Shown: in pieces, positions 32,901 through 40,351 of the stretch
Position numbering within the stretch: the stretch's first letter is position 1
Layout: every line of letters starts with the position of its first letter
Assembly (NCBI GenBank): GCA_030696105.1
Contig: JAUYNJ010000006.1
Location: forward strand, 1-59,493
Reading direction: 5' to 3'
DNA: 59,493 bases
Origin: a bacterium
Lineage (GTDB): Bacteria > Patescibacteriota > Patescibacteriia > Patescibacteriales > UBA12465
Made by a program: the position numbers and the translations under genes
The notes under the pieces: model-generated
Told to the model about the DNA's origin: nothing
Databases searched by the model: none
The model's input: only the letters and a program-made list of their open reading frames with translations

Positions 32901-35805
32901 ACAAGCGACTACAATCACCACAGTTACCGTTAACGGTTGTAGTGTCACAATATTTCCCGGAGAACTTATCACAATTACAAGCGGCGTCAGAAGCAGCCGT
33001 GTCAACGACACCGCCAACTTCCACGGTACAACCAGTACACTCGCCTAAGTTGGCCTGTCCTGATCCGCAAGAGTCGCCACAGGTTAGACCAGCACAGCAA
33101 TCACGAGCATCTTGGCCAATTACGCAGCAGCAATCACATCGCGCCGCTTCGGTTGAAATACATTTATTGTTAGTACAGGTGGCTAACCCCGTGCAAAGCT
33201 CAGTGCTGACACAAACGCCTTCCGCATTGCCACTATCTTGCTTACAGCTGAAACCGGACTCACAAAGATTACACGTCGAAGTATTAGCGCTAACACTATC
33301 AACACAACGATTATTATCTAACCTCACCCAGCCACTTGGACAAGAGGTCGAGGTTGTAATTTGCCAGTGTGCTTGGCCTCCAAACTGAGGGAAGATACTG
33401 CAAGAACGGTTGGCACTAAATTCTTCGTCTCCCAATTGGAAGGTATAAAGTGAGTTCAGCGAGCAGGTGCTGTTACTTAGAATACAAGCATCAAAAGTAG
33501 AGCTATATGTGCAGTCGTTACCGATACAGGCTGGAACGCTGGCGCAACTAGAATCGCAAGGACCGAGGTCGCGAGGTGCTCCAGCGAAGGGTGAACAGAC
33601 ACCAGGAGAATTTGGACAGAAGGCATTAATCTGACAGGCGCCTAAAGCTTTGGCCATGCCGTCACAACTGTCATATTCTTCTTCACCCGTGCCCGTACCA
33701 AATCCTGTGTCAAAGCCCCATTCAAAAACCGAACGTGGAATATTGATATAACAACTAGCTAAAGTCGGAGCGCATCTTCCCTGTTTGTATGTACCGGCAG
33801 GACAACAAATTTCACCAGAACAGTCAGCATCAATACTACAGGTACCAATTTCAAAATTTACATCATTACCCCAAGTACCGTTTTTAACGACCCTAACCGG
33901 ACCACTAACTGAAGCCGGAGGGGCGTTGGGATTTAAGCGGTCAGCGCCGCGGTCAGAGGTGATAATTCCGCTGACGCCCTTATCACGACTAAATACTGTC
34001 AGGCCGCTTGTTCCTAAATCCCCAAAATATTCACCCCAGAGTGTTACTGGTGTTCCAATGGGACCGCGCGGAGGGGAGATTTTACAAATACTACTTTTTA
34101 AAGCTTCATTGCTATTAGCAGTAAAGACATTCGGATTGGCGTTTTGCGAAGTAACCAGAACCCCGCTTAAATCGACTTTAATCTCATAATTTCCATCGCC
34201 CAACTCCGAAGGAACTTTTACAATAATCTGTTTATCTTTCCAGATAGATGACGCGCACGCTTCTGGGAAAATGTAACTTGCCTCCTGATCACCGAAAAAA
34301 ACTTTTGACTCCCCTTTAGCACCGCCGAAACCGCCGCCGTGTATAGTAACGTATTGCCCGGCGCGACCAGTTGTTGGCTCAAAATATGAAATATAGGGGC
34401 CGGCGTTTGGCTCCTCTTGTTTTACAAATTTTACATAATTACTTTTTTGCGCAATACCATTAACAGAGCTGACCACAAAACTACTCATGCCACCTTTTTG
34501 TAAATTAGGAATAGTTGAAGTGCCGACCAAGCCGGCCGGATTTGCAAACACAGAATCTAAGCCGCGCACATTACGAGCGTAATCACCAAAGTATGCTTGC
34601 CCGCCACTATATAAGTTAATGCCAAAATAATTTACCTTATCACTTAAGCGCCCGGATTCTGGAGTTAATAAACATAAACCAGGGCGAACGAGGTCGTTAG
34701 CAATAAAATCTGGAAGAACGGGGCCAATATCATCATTTGTTGTATCACTCTGACTATCAGCAGCCACTACAGTGAGTGGCCCGGAGACTGAAGATGGCGG
34801 TATAGCCACCACAATCTGATTATTCGTCCAGGAATCAATACAATCAGGATTAACCAATGACGGAGAAATGCCAGGTAGACCACCAGCAAATAATACTTGA
34901 CTGCTCGTCGGATCATAGACACCAAAATTCGTGCCCATGATGGTAATCAAGTTGCCGTCTGCGCCATTAGGTGTCACGACGTCGCATTGCTGACTACAAT
35001 CACTATCACTTAAGCAGGCCCTATTCGCGTCTTCTTCACAAAAGCCACCGAGAGGACTGACAGCCGTGATGACGGGTTGCCCCTCGCAGACACACGAAGT
35101 CTCCCCGCAACTTAAGTATTCGCCGCATAAATTATTATCCGCCTCACAAGTCGGTGTTAAGTCATCGCCATCACAAGAATCGCCGAGTTGTCCTTTGGGT
35201 AAACAGGCGCAGGAATTAGTGTCGCAGTAACTATCGGAGGCACAGATTTGATCAACTGCCTGGCAGCCAGGAAGCAAGGTGTTGCCATCGCAGCTAACCG
35301 GACCGCCGCCGGAATTACAATCAGAGCCGAGGCATGGCCCCCAGTAACCGTCAGTGCAAGTCATGCCACCACCACAGCCACAGGCAAGTGTTTGGCCGGT
35401 AGTACAGGAGCTGCTGCCCCCGCTATTATTTGTCGCGCCTAAGAGACTGTTTAAAATAAAGGTTGCAATTCCCCATGAAGCTAGAATAATCAACAAACCA
35501 ACCACACCATTACGCAAGATCTTTTTTGCTTGATCAATTTTATCCTCTTGACCACCGGCCGTCATCCAAACAAAACCGCCCCAGAGAATCAGACCAAGCG
35601 CCAATAGACCTAGCACCGACATGGCGATATTTATAATCCGAGCTACGACTGTACGAGGATCATCCTGTGTCAGGCTAATGTTGTTACCAATTTCATCCAT
35701 GCCGACATCAACTTGTGCTATAGCGACACGGAAAAAGGCTAAGCTACCGAGAATTAGTATGCTTAAAGCCAGGTAACGCAAAATATTGGTTTTTGATCTT
35801 AACAC
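29956..35805 (-). CDS. Giant 1949-aa surface protein: signal peptide, VirB2/TrbC-like two-helix module, Cys-rich modules, IPT/TIG-like domains and C-terminal FN3-like domains
   Basis: GTG start. Residues 32-125 are paralogous to the 881-aa protein. Three IPT/TIG-like segments (PVITAVSP..ITIMGTNFG; GPYISYFEP..VTIHGGGFG; KISPP..VTLWGEYFG). About 124 Cys by hand count. FN3-like C-terminus. Confidence 0.8.
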   Translation of the reverse strand: MLRSKTNILRYLALSILILGSLAFFRVAIAQVDVGMDEIGNNISLTQDDPRTVVARIINIAMSVLGLLALGLILWGGFVWMTAGGQEDKIDQAKKILRNGVVGLLIILASWGIATFILNSLLGATNNSGGSSSCTTGQTLACGCGGGMTCTDGYWGPCLGSDCNSGGGPVSCDGNTLLPGCQAVDQICASDSYCDTNSCACLPKGQLGDSCDGDDLTPTCEADNNLCGEYLSCGETSCVCEGQPVITAVSPLGGFCEEDANRACLSDSDCSQQCDVVTPNGADGNLITIMGTNFGVYDPTSSQVLFAGGLPGISPSLVNPDCIDSWTNNQIVVAIPPSSVSGPLTVVAADSQSDTTNDDIGPVLPDFIANDLVRPGLCLLTPESGRLSDKVNYFGINLYSGGQAYFGDYARNVRGLDSVFANPAGLVGTSTIPNLQKGGMSSFVVSSVNGIAQKSNYVKFVKQEEPNAGPYISYFEPTTGRAGQYVTIHGGGFGGAKGESKVFFGDQEASYIFPEACASSIWKDKQIIVKVPSELGDGNYEIKVDLSGVLVTSQNANPNVFTANSNEALKSSICKISPPRGPIGTPVTLWGEYFGDLGTSGLTVFSRDKGVSGIITSDRGADRLNPNAPPASVSGPVRVVKNGTWGNDVNFEIGTCSIDADCSGEICCPAGTYKQGRCAPTLASCYINIPRSVFEWGFDTGFGTGTGEEEYDSCDGMAKALGACQINAFCPNSPGVCSPFAGAPRDLGPCDSSCASVPACIGNDCTYSSTFDACILSNSTCSLNSLYTFQLGDEEFSANRSCSIFPQFGGQAHWQITTSTSCPSGWVRLDNNRCVDSVSANTSTCNLCESGFSCKQDSGNAEGVCVSTELCTGLATCTNNKCISTEAARCDCCCVIGQDARDCCAGLTCGDSCGSGQANLGECTGCTVEVGGVVDTAASDAACNCDKFSGKYCDTTTVNGNCGDCSRLSADDCLVHSATCCLNSKGTADPSDDVCTGGSGQLITTDENAPEFGYCAFYDCASPSSTPPGDPAQCASTTPTMYGEFTSIFKCVSGCEANPGGTACSQYNGDQAACGASAKCCYDFEQNECVGGTDKTDDGYCAYYDCKAPPLDKQCETDVKLRTGDYKSKSECVRDCPYADIKPLPGTDCLSVSTFDPTCNTSFCGSPYACLAEGGGAGLPGGDCGACCCEVGNAASCSSLNSGGLNLVCKPDQAPCSGENRGLCCGCSADLDCGDLENVGCDSGTCCRARPSVIESALNPAHGTSGVCRNASISIPFDQLMDPVSLMSNIILLEEHEYGVGICPAGTFVAALDGFVTPQRNWFERLAARLAQVTRTILSTTGLKSGSALAGIPDASKLYCSVPGTVSATNNGNRTTATFTPQKLLAAGSNYYVVVKGDQVLDSNSGVMSSWQLGMNGRGYLDLNGNVYVEGSGITFNNLAFSNSYIASFATLPAQGANGGICMVDYTQTEPSSYLFQNDANDLNENDTDPQSNSFDTKSDRDKVFAVRAFSSNGQILYPTQGYFWDWQWNVVKSSIASIRSITGLENNRAFVEMTSGVTDDSTMLRSTINMDRFLEPQCNPSSSCVCAEPNCINNCCNAYDDGDGLVGETPLYIFLCKNPWPPVNPLTQSWSPWVDTCAGAIGNCQPYNYKFYYCRDAGKDGFSDDLPAMINPAVIRGTGSALICSEGRSACSNVGATCGPDNNFDGVGDGFCIWDVLKESYFFKESTPQAGAITAAVDEQDGETVRLEWNSSSNLIYNANPAQMGRFRLYYAPINSGNMSFLDVKPTDIYAAGQGTVCTPTTPTSGQQYTCRYLLKNLQTDVTHRFKVSAISAAQVESVLSNEKEATVTDQIAPATPQGLVGTIQSGQRIRFTWHGLQTGALFHRLYHGVSSGQYGESFDSENGASFIEISSVGFSAGNHYFSLSALDASNNESNKSTEIVINLVAAQ

Positions 35806-35872
35806 AGTATTGAAACGGTTATAAGCAAAAGCAATGCTTTACGCCGATAAGCCGGAAATAATATAATATCCT

Positions 35873-38518
35873 TTACTCACAATTACCATTGTCGCCTAAC
35901 ATAGCGCTCGGAACACCATAACAACATGAAGGGTTTTCAGCGTCTGCCTCACAATTTGGTCCAGCACTTGGTTTATAGCAATTTTGGTAAATATCTTTAA
36001 CTCCCGAGCCGACCTGCGCATTATAGGTCACAGACGACTTCATCGGGGTGTGCGATAAGTAAACGTAAGTTAAGTCAGGCTCACCGTCTAGCGGCGCCAC
36101 ATCCCTATTATCAGCTGTCACCCAATAGCCCAATGGGTTAGGAGTAGAACTAAAAATATTAAGCAAGCGATGCTCAATATTTGTCTGACCGCTCTTAACC
36201 ATGGTGCTGCCGGTGCGTAAACTACTATTCATCATTAAGGTGTTGAAAGCAATTTCGATTGGAGCGTCTACAGGCACGTTGCCAGCACTGTTCACAGGAT
36301 TAATAGAAGTAATGCGCGGTGGCTCCGACATGATGGTGTCATTAATATAAAATGACCAACGATACTTATCTTTCAATTCAAAATTTGAACTATCATTTTC
36401 GTTGTAAAACGCAATCGGTCCATCCGCATAAACATCGCGGTTACCGTCGAGAGAATTTAAAGCAGCGTCGACAACGCCATCAAGAGGACTGAGAGCTAAA
36501 GGATAATTTTTGCCGTTCGGGTCCTGACAAATATTTTGACCGAGACTATTCGCCTGACAAAGGGTAAACGGCTGATAGCGAGTGCAATCAAAATTTGTTT
36601 CACAGGTTCGAAGATTGGCGGCGACTAATTGCACGGCTAAGTGACTATTGGCCGGCAAACAATATATTGTTTCGCCACACCCATTCATCCCACATTCCTT
36701 GTCCGAAATAAACTCAACTGTTTTATAGGCATTACTAACCATAAACTTTCCGGCAAGATAATCGCCCCGGCAGACGCCGGCATTACAATCATAAGAAGCG
36801 CAACCACTATTACTTGTGCAGACAGCGCCGTTCCCGGTACTTGACTCAGCGTTAACAATGCGGATGCTATTACTAACTTCATCAGCAGAACCGGACAACT
36901 GTATGGGGTTAATACCTTCATTAAAATTAATTTGAATGACTGAATTCATCGGCCTATCCTTCTTGTCGCGAGACTCCTCAATACGTACTAAGTCTTGCCC
37001 ACCATTAAAAGGGGTTAAAGCTAACGCTGCCGCGTTGTTGGTGTTAAGAATAATATTATTACCAGCGCTACCAGCAATTTTCACCGTCAGCGCTACTCTT
37101 GAAGCAACTTTATCCACATTAATATCAGGATGTCCACTCAACTTACTATATATTTCAGTCGCAACATCTTCGGTATTACAGGAGGGACCATTTACTAAAA
37201 TATTATTACCAGAACTATTAGATGCGAAGGTGTAGACCAGAGTGCCAACACGAAGATTGCTCGCTAAAACTTCCGGCGCGACACTAACTACCCAGGAGTT
37301 TCCAGCCTGATGATCGTCCGCAAGTAAAGTGAAGAAGCCACCAAAGACCGCTTCATTTCCCTGCCAAGCAGTCACACCCAACAAAGTAGAGCCCGTAAAT
37401 AACTGCGCTTGAGTATTATCACTAGTAACGCTTACTACATAGTTATTATAAGATGCATGGTAATCAGAAGCGATGACAGCGGAAGCGTCATTTAAACCCG
37501 CTTGTCTCGTCACTGAAATAATCTCAGCTGCTTGGTATATGTCGGGGCAAGCCTGTACCTGTATGGCCGCACTTGCGTTTACAGCTGCTTGGCTCTGCCC
37601 AAATATATCTTTCTCGTTATCGGGTAAAGGGAAAATTCCGCCTCTTACGATCTGGGGTGGGGTTAAATCAATTGTATTTGTTACCCTAAAACTCCATTGT
37701 AAATAATCACTGAAACAAGTCTTAAATATTGAATTCCCGTCTTCTTTCTTAATTCCACTCGTAAGTCGAACGCTATAGTCTACATCGCCCTCTGCTTGCC
37801 CGAGAAAATCAGTCGGCATAATTACAAAATCTTGACTATCAGCAGAAGCTTGTATCGTTGCGGCTGTAACGTTTTGGACGCCGTCACCCATATCATTTCT
37901 AAAAATCTTGATGTTGCTAGGGTTGATAAGATTGCAGCTTGTGCTGCAGGCGCAGCTACTTCCAGCCGCATCCTGACAAACGGTATCGAGCATAATCGCC
38001 TCTTTGAAGCTAACCATGATAGAAGTATTTCTCGCCACCCCTCTTTGTCCATCTTCCGGGTAAACGCGCTCAACTGTACAGGCACCAATGGCGCCGGCTC
38101 CGGTTAAGAGCGGTTGGTTCGGTGTGTTAATGCCAAAAAATCCACCATTCGTCGCCCCCAAGAGACGGTTCAAAACGAAGGTGGCTATACCCCAGGCTGA
38201 GAGGATAATAATTAAACCGATTACGGCGTTTCTTAAAGTCTTCTTAGCTTGATCAATTTTTTCTTCACTGCCGCCGCTTGTCATCCAAATAAAGCCAGCG
38301 TAAATAATCAACCCGACCGCAATCACCCCAAGAAATAGGAGGGCGATATTAATGATGCGAGCCACGATGATACGTGGATCAGTGGAGGCCAGCTGAATGC
38401 TATTTTCGATTGGCTGTAATCCGATGTCAACATTTTGCGCTAACGCAAAATCAGCTAGGCCAAACCCCGCGACAAGGAGCGCGAGAAATAATAAAAAAGA
38501 GAATAATCTGCAGCGCAT
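35873..38518 (-). CDS. 881-aa surface protein: signal peptide, VirB2/TrbC-like two-helix module and Ig-like (SbsA/Big-type) domains
   Basis: Residues 29-123 align with the 1949-aa protein (about 62 of 95 identical by eye). Ig-like domain starts VERVYPEDGQRGVARNTSIMVSF and PPRITSINPVNSAGNVPVDAPIEIAF. About 25 Cys. Confidence 0.8.
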   Translation of the reverse strand: MRCRLFSFLLFLALLVAGFGLADFALAQNVDIGLQPIENSIQLASTDPRIIVARIINIALLFLGVIAVGLIIYAGFIWMTSGGSEEKIDQAKKTLRNAVIGLIIILSAWGIATFVLNRLLGATNGGFFGINTPNQPLLTGAGAIGACTVERVYPEDGQRGVARNTSIMVSFKEAIMLDTVCQDAAGSSCACSTSCNLINPSNIKIFRNDMGDGVQNVTAATIQASADSQDFVIMPTDFLGQAEGDVDYSVRLTSGIKKEDGNSIFKTCFSDYLQWSFRVTNTIDLTPPQIVRGGIFPLPDNEKDIFGQSQAAVNASAAIQVQACPDIYQAAEIISVTRQAGLNDASAVIASDYHASYNNYVVSVTSDNTQAQLFTGSTLLGVTAWQGNEAVFGGFFTLLADDHQAGNSWVVSVAPEVLASNLRVGTLVYTFASNSSGNNILVNGPSCNTEDVATEIYSKLSGHPDINVDKVASRVALTVKIAGSAGNNIILNTNNAAALALTPFNGGQDLVRIEESRDKKDRPMNSVIQINFNEGINPIQLSGSADEVSNSIRIVNAESSTGNGAVCTSNSGCASYDCNAGVCRGDYLAGKFMVSNAYKTVEFISDKECGMNGCGETIYCLPANSHLAVQLVAANLRTCETNFDCTRYQPFTLCQANSLGQNICQDPNGKNYPLALSPLDGVVDAALNSLDGNRDVYADGPIAFYNENDSSNFELKDKYRWSFYINDTIMSEPPRITSINPVNSAGNVPVDAPIEIAFNTLMMNSSLRTGSTMVKSGQTNIEHRLLNIFSSTPNPLGYWVTADNRDVAPLDGEPDLTYVYLSHTPMKSSVTYNAQVGSGVKDIYQNCYKPSAGPNCEADAENPSCCYGVPSAMLGDNGNCE

Positions 38519-38543
38519 TTTATTTTAATTGATTAGCAAAGCG

Positions 38544-38552
38544 TGTTATAAT
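38544..38552 (+). promoter_or_regulatory. Extended -10 element (TGTTATAAT) for rel
   Basis: TGnTATAAT lies 58 nt upstream of the rel ATG. No good -35 was found. Confidence 0.4.
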
Positions 38553-38575
38553 TTATTTGCTTTGCGTTTGAGATA

Positions 38576-38584
38576 ATTATAACA
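38576..38584 (-). promoter_or_regulatory. Extended -10 element (TGTTATAAT on the minus strand) for the surface cluster
   Basis: Mirror-image TGTTATAAT lies 58 nt upstream of the 881-aa gene ATG, with TTCAAG 16 nt upstream. Confidence 0.4.
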
Positions 38585-38609
38585 TAAATGCCTAATTCTT
38601 GAAAACGAC

Positions 38610-40070
38610 ATGACCATAGATCGCATTATCAACAAGTTCCTAGAGAAGCATCCGGACGAAGATCCGACGATGCTTCGTTTAGCGTACGATTTTGCGGCCG
38701 AAGCACATGGCGGGCAACTGCGTAAAACCGGTGAACCTTACATTCAGCACCCCCTTCATACCGCCTATATGCTGGCCGAAATTAATGCCGACCTACCAAC
38801 CATTGTCACCGGCCTAATTCACGACGTCCCCGAGGACACAGACTATACTTTTGAAGATGTTGAAAAGAATTTTGGAGCCGAGGTTGCAACTCTAGTCGCC
38901 GGTATCACAAAGTTGGGGAAAATTAAGTACCGCGGCATCGAACGTTACCGCGAAAATCTGAAAAAAATGTTTTTAGCGATGTCTACTGACATCCGCGTCA
39001 TTTTTGTTAAATTCTGCGACCGCTTGCATAATCTACGCACACTAGAAGGACTACCTCCTTCAAAGCAAAGAAGAATCGCTCAAGAAACCCTTGAAATATA
39101 TGCGCCAATTGCGGGCATGCTCGGTATCTGGCGTCTCAAATGGCAGATGGAGGATATCTGTTTCAAGTATCTTTACCCGCAAAAGTTTCAGGAACTTGAA
39201 CAAGAATACGAGGTTGAAAAAAAAGCTGAACGTAACCAGTACTTCCAAAAGATTAAAAGTGATCTTCTGCCGCGCTTAAAAGACGCTAACATTAAGTACG
39301 ACCTTGAAGTCCGCTTTAAACATCTTTACAGCATCTACTTAAAAATGCAGCGAAAGGATCGTAAATTCGACGAAATCTACGATGTGTTTGCCTTAAGGGT
39401 CGTAGTGCCAACAATTGATGATTGTTATAAAGTACTAGGCATTGTTCATACTCTCTGGCGGCCCAAGCCAAACCGCTTCAAAGACTATATCGCCGTCCCT
39501 AAGCCTAATGGCTATCGCTCATTGCATACAACCATCTACGGCCCCGAAAATAAAGCAGTTGAATTTCAAATTCGTACTCAAGAAATGCACGACGAAGCGA
39601 TGTATGGTCTCGCCGCTCACTGGTATTATAAAAGCAAAAGTGAAAAAGGCATGCAGCCGATGTGGGTTAAAGAAATTGTGGAAATTCAAAAAGAGATTTC
39701 TGACACCAGTGAATTAATTCGCAATATTAAACTCGACATCTTTAATGACCGCATTTTTGTATTCTCTCCGAAGGGAGATGCCTTCGAATTACCAGAATAC
39801 TCAACCCCTATCGACCTCGCCTATGCTATTCATACAAATATCGGCAACCAGGCAACTGGCGCCATTATTAACGACCGTCTAGGAAAGCTTGACCAGGAAT
39901 TAAAAAATGGAGACCTCGTTGAGATAATCACCGATAAATCCCGACAGCACCCTAATCGCGATTGGCTTAAGTTTGTTAAAACCAAGAGGGCCCGTGACCG
40001 TATTAAACAGTTTGCTAAAAAAGGACCGCTCGAAAACATTAAGCGCTTTATTCCAGGAATGAACAGATAG
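38610..40070 (+). CDS. rel: Short bifunctional RelA/SpoT homologue (HD hydrolase, synthetase and TGS domains only)
   Basis: HD domain (HPLH...HDVPEDT), synthetase motifs YRSLHTTI and EFQIRT, and a TGS-like C-terminus. Only 486 aa, so the usual C-terminal regulatory half is absent. Confidence 0.85.
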   Translation: MTIDRIINKFLEKHPDEDPTMLRLAYDFAAEAHGGQLRKTGEPYIQHPLHTAYMLAEINADLPTIVTGLIHDVPEDTDYTFEDVEKNFGAEVATLVAGITKLGKIKYRGIERYRENLKKMFLAMSTDIRVIFVKFCDRLHNLRTLEGLPPSKQRRIAQETLEIYAPIAGMLGIWRLKWQMEDICFKYLYPQKFQELEQEYEVEKKAERNQYFQKIKSDLLPRLKDANIKYDLEVRFKHLYSIYLKMQRKDRKFDEIYDVFALRVVVPTIDDCYKVLGIVHTLWRPKPNRFKDYIAVPKPNGYRSLHTTIYGPENKAVEFQIRTQEMHDEAMYGLAAHWYYKSKSEKGMQPMWVKEIVEIQKEISDTSELIRNIKLDIFNDRIFVFSPKGDAFELPEYSTPIDLAYAIHTNIGNQATGAIINDRLGKLDQELKNGDLVEIITDKSRQHPNRDWLKFVKTKRARDRIKQFAKKGPLENIKRFIPGMNR

Positions 40071-40082
40071 TATCGATATAAC

Positions 40083-40113
40083 AAAACACCCGCCAATTAG
40101 GCGGGTGTTTTTT
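40083..40113. terminator. Bidirectional terminator between rel (+) and rpsU (-)
   Basis: AAAACACCCGCC-AATTA-GGCGGGTGTTTTTT. Confidence 0.7.
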
Positions 40114-40120
40114 CCAGTGT

Positions 40121-40351
40121 TTAGCGATTTTGAGTTTCTTCCAATTTGCCGGTCTTACGTAAGAATTCTTTTTTCTTGCGCATATCCATGCTCGTAAGAG
40201 CATACTTTTTCAACTGACGTTTGGTTTTTTTTGGCTCCAAATGCTGTTTTGAGCGTGCTTTTTCAAGACGCTTACTGTTTTTTAAGCCTTTTTTGAATTT
40301 ACGCAAAAAGCCTTCAAAACTTTCACCGGGTTTTCTTTTGAAATCAGCCAT
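40121..40351 (-). CDS. rpsU: 30S ribosomal protein S21 (probable)
   Basis: 76-aa highly basic ORF. ESFEGFLRKFKK...LEKARSKQHLEPKKTKRQLKK parallels the S21 pattern xFxxALRRFKR...YEKPxxxRKR. Confidence 0.6.
   Translation of the reverse strand: MADFKRKPGESFEGFLRKFKKGLKNSKRLEKARSKQHLEPKKTKRQLKKYALTSMDMRKKKEFLRKTGKLEETQNR

Noticed and set aside
27017-38518. Diversity-generating retroelement targeting the giant surface proteins.
   Set aside because: There is no reverse transcriptase ORF in the window. I saw no template/variable repeat pair (near-identical 100-150-bp repeats differing at adenines) at the 3' ends of these genes.
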